Position numbers and translations under genes: made by a program | Notes under the pieces: generated by a model | Seen by the model: the letters and a program-made list of their open reading frames with translations, nothing else | What the model was told of the DNA's origin: nothing | Database searches by the model: none | NCBI GenBank assembly: GCA_030390025.1 | Contig: CM059433.1 | Span: forward strand, 9,302,001 to 9,366,000 | Source of the DNA: Squalus acanthias | Taxonomy: Eukaryota | DNA: 64,000 nucleotides | Reading direction: 5' to 3' | In this document: positions 62,400 through 64,000 of the stretch, one piece after another | Layout of the letters: each line of letters begins with the position of its first letter | Position numbering within the stretch: the first letter of the stretch is position 1

Positions 62400-64000
62400 A
62401 GGGGGGAAAATGTGGTTGCTTTGCGCCTCCCGTTTGCGCCCTAAGAGGGCGCTAATGGGGCGCAAAGCAACTAGCACCCGGGCCCGGCGATGTTGGCGCC
62501 GCTCGCGAAATTGACCAGAGTTTTTGTGGCGGCGCTAAACTGTACCGCCATGATCTCCTGTGCCCGCAGATCATGACGTCAGTCGAGCGTGCAACGCCGC
62601 GGTGGCGCCCCGGACCGGATATTGAGTGGTGCCCCCTTCCTTTCCACCTGCCGCAAGCAATGACAGGGAGAGTGGAACGTTTTGCAGTCAGGAAGGGGCT
62701 GGGGGAGCGCTATTTAAAGGCGCTCTCTTCCTGCCTTTTTTTGTGGGAGACATTTTTGCACCACTCATTCTGAGAGAGAGAGAGAGAGAGAGAGTGTGTT
62801 CTGGAGAGAGTCAACGCTGTGTGAAGTAGGTTTGGCTACTGAGCAGCACTTTGCAGGTTCTTTTGGATTTGACCTTCATTACTTCGATTGTCAAGAGACT
62901 ATGGGGGCTGCACTGATTTGGGGCGTCGTCCTGCACCTGCAGAATAAGAGGCAGCAGAGACGCAGAGAGAGAGTGGCAATCATGGCCAGAGGGAGGAGGG
63001 CCAACAGGCCTCTGTACAGGAGACCTTACCCTCCCAGGGTATTCCGGGAATAATTCTCCTACATTCATTTGTCTGAGGTGCAGTGTTTGCGCAGGCTGCG
63101 CTTCAGCAAGGAGGTGGTCATTGAGCTCTGCCACCTGCTGCAACCAGATCTGCAGCCTCAACTGAGGACCAGGACATCTCTGTCAGTGGCAGTGAAGGTC
63201 ACAGTGGCTCTGAATTTTTATGCCACCGGCTCCTTTCAAGCAGCTACTGGGGACATCGCCAATATCTCCCAGTTCGCGGTCCATTGCTGTATCCGGGAGG
63301 TGACAAATGCCCTCTATAAAAGGAGATGCCAGTACATCTCTTTCCCGATGACCCGGGCCAAACAGCATGAACACGTTTTGCGAGGATAGCAGGCTTCCCC
63401 ATGGTGCAGGGCGCCATTGACTGCACGCATGTGACATTGCGGGCACCGCATGAGAATGCAGAGGTTTTCCGAAACTGCAAGGGGTTCCACTCCTTAAACG
63501 TCCAGTTGGTCTGTGACCACAGACAGCTGATACTCGCTGTCAATGCCCGCTATCCTGGCAGCAGCCACGATGCTTTCATTCTGCGCCAGACTGGTGTGCC
63601 AGACCTTTTCCAGGCACCGCATCAGCCAAGTGGTTGGCTCCTCGGGGACAAGGGTTATCCACTGTGCACCTGGCTGATGACACCGCTCTGTAACCCCAAC
63701 ACCCCTGCCGAGTAGCGGTACAATGAGAGCCATCTCGCCACAGGAACATAATTGAGCAGACGATCGGCGTGCTCAAGCAACGGTTCCGCTGTCTGGACCA
63801 CTCAGGAGGAGCCCTGCAGTACTCTCCTGAGCAAGTTTCCCTCTTCATAGTTGTTTGCTGCATTCTTCATAACCTTGCAATCCTCAGGACCCAGCCAATG
63901 CCACCAGGTCTTGGTGCACCACCGGAGGAGGAGGAGGAGGAGGAGGAGGAGGAAGAGGAGGAGGATGATCAGCAGCAGCACCAAGGCGGGAGGGAGGCCC
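62400..64000 (+). mobile_element. PIF/Harbinger transposon with HARBI1-like transposase pseudogene (~62901-64000), truncated by window end
   Basis: CLRRLRFSKE, ALNFYATGSFQ, GAIDCTH, GFHSLNVQLVCD, YPGSSHDAFIL, LLGDKGYP, IEQTIGVLKQRFRCLD, acidic tail. In-frame stops at ~63051 and ~63713 and a frameshift near 63380. Confidence 0.92.

Noticed and set aside
62901..63900. Host HARBI1 gene
   Set aside because: In-frame stops, a frameshift and multiple related decayed copies indicate a transposon copy, not the domesticated gene.

Overview
Vertebrate genomic DNA, most likely a cartilaginous fish (shark/ray; inferred from the V-SINE/Deu-SINE, CR1, L2, RTE, Penelope and Harbinger repeat mix). The only host gene I can support is MBOAT2 (lysophospholipid acyltransferase 2) on the minus strand: a CpG-rich promoter near 58 kb and three coding exons (57909-57986, 16627-16772, 5196-5273) with canonical GT-AG sites. 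Intron 1 is about 41 kb and intron 2 about 11 kb; exon 4 was not found and probably lies left of the window. Nearly everything else is decayed, often nested transposons, and the short ORF-track proteins are mostly TE fragments or spurious. The most unusual signals: (1) ORF-less fold-back insertions made from Penelope-like termini, with target-site duplications and minimal hammerhead-ribozyme cores; (2) their complementary overhangs on either side of MBOAT2 exons 2-3; (3) a chimeric head + fold-back + CR1-tail unit present twice, 24 kb apart; (4) a four-level TE nest at 20-26 kb. Repeat boundaries were read by eye and are approximate unless a TSD or splice site is quoted.
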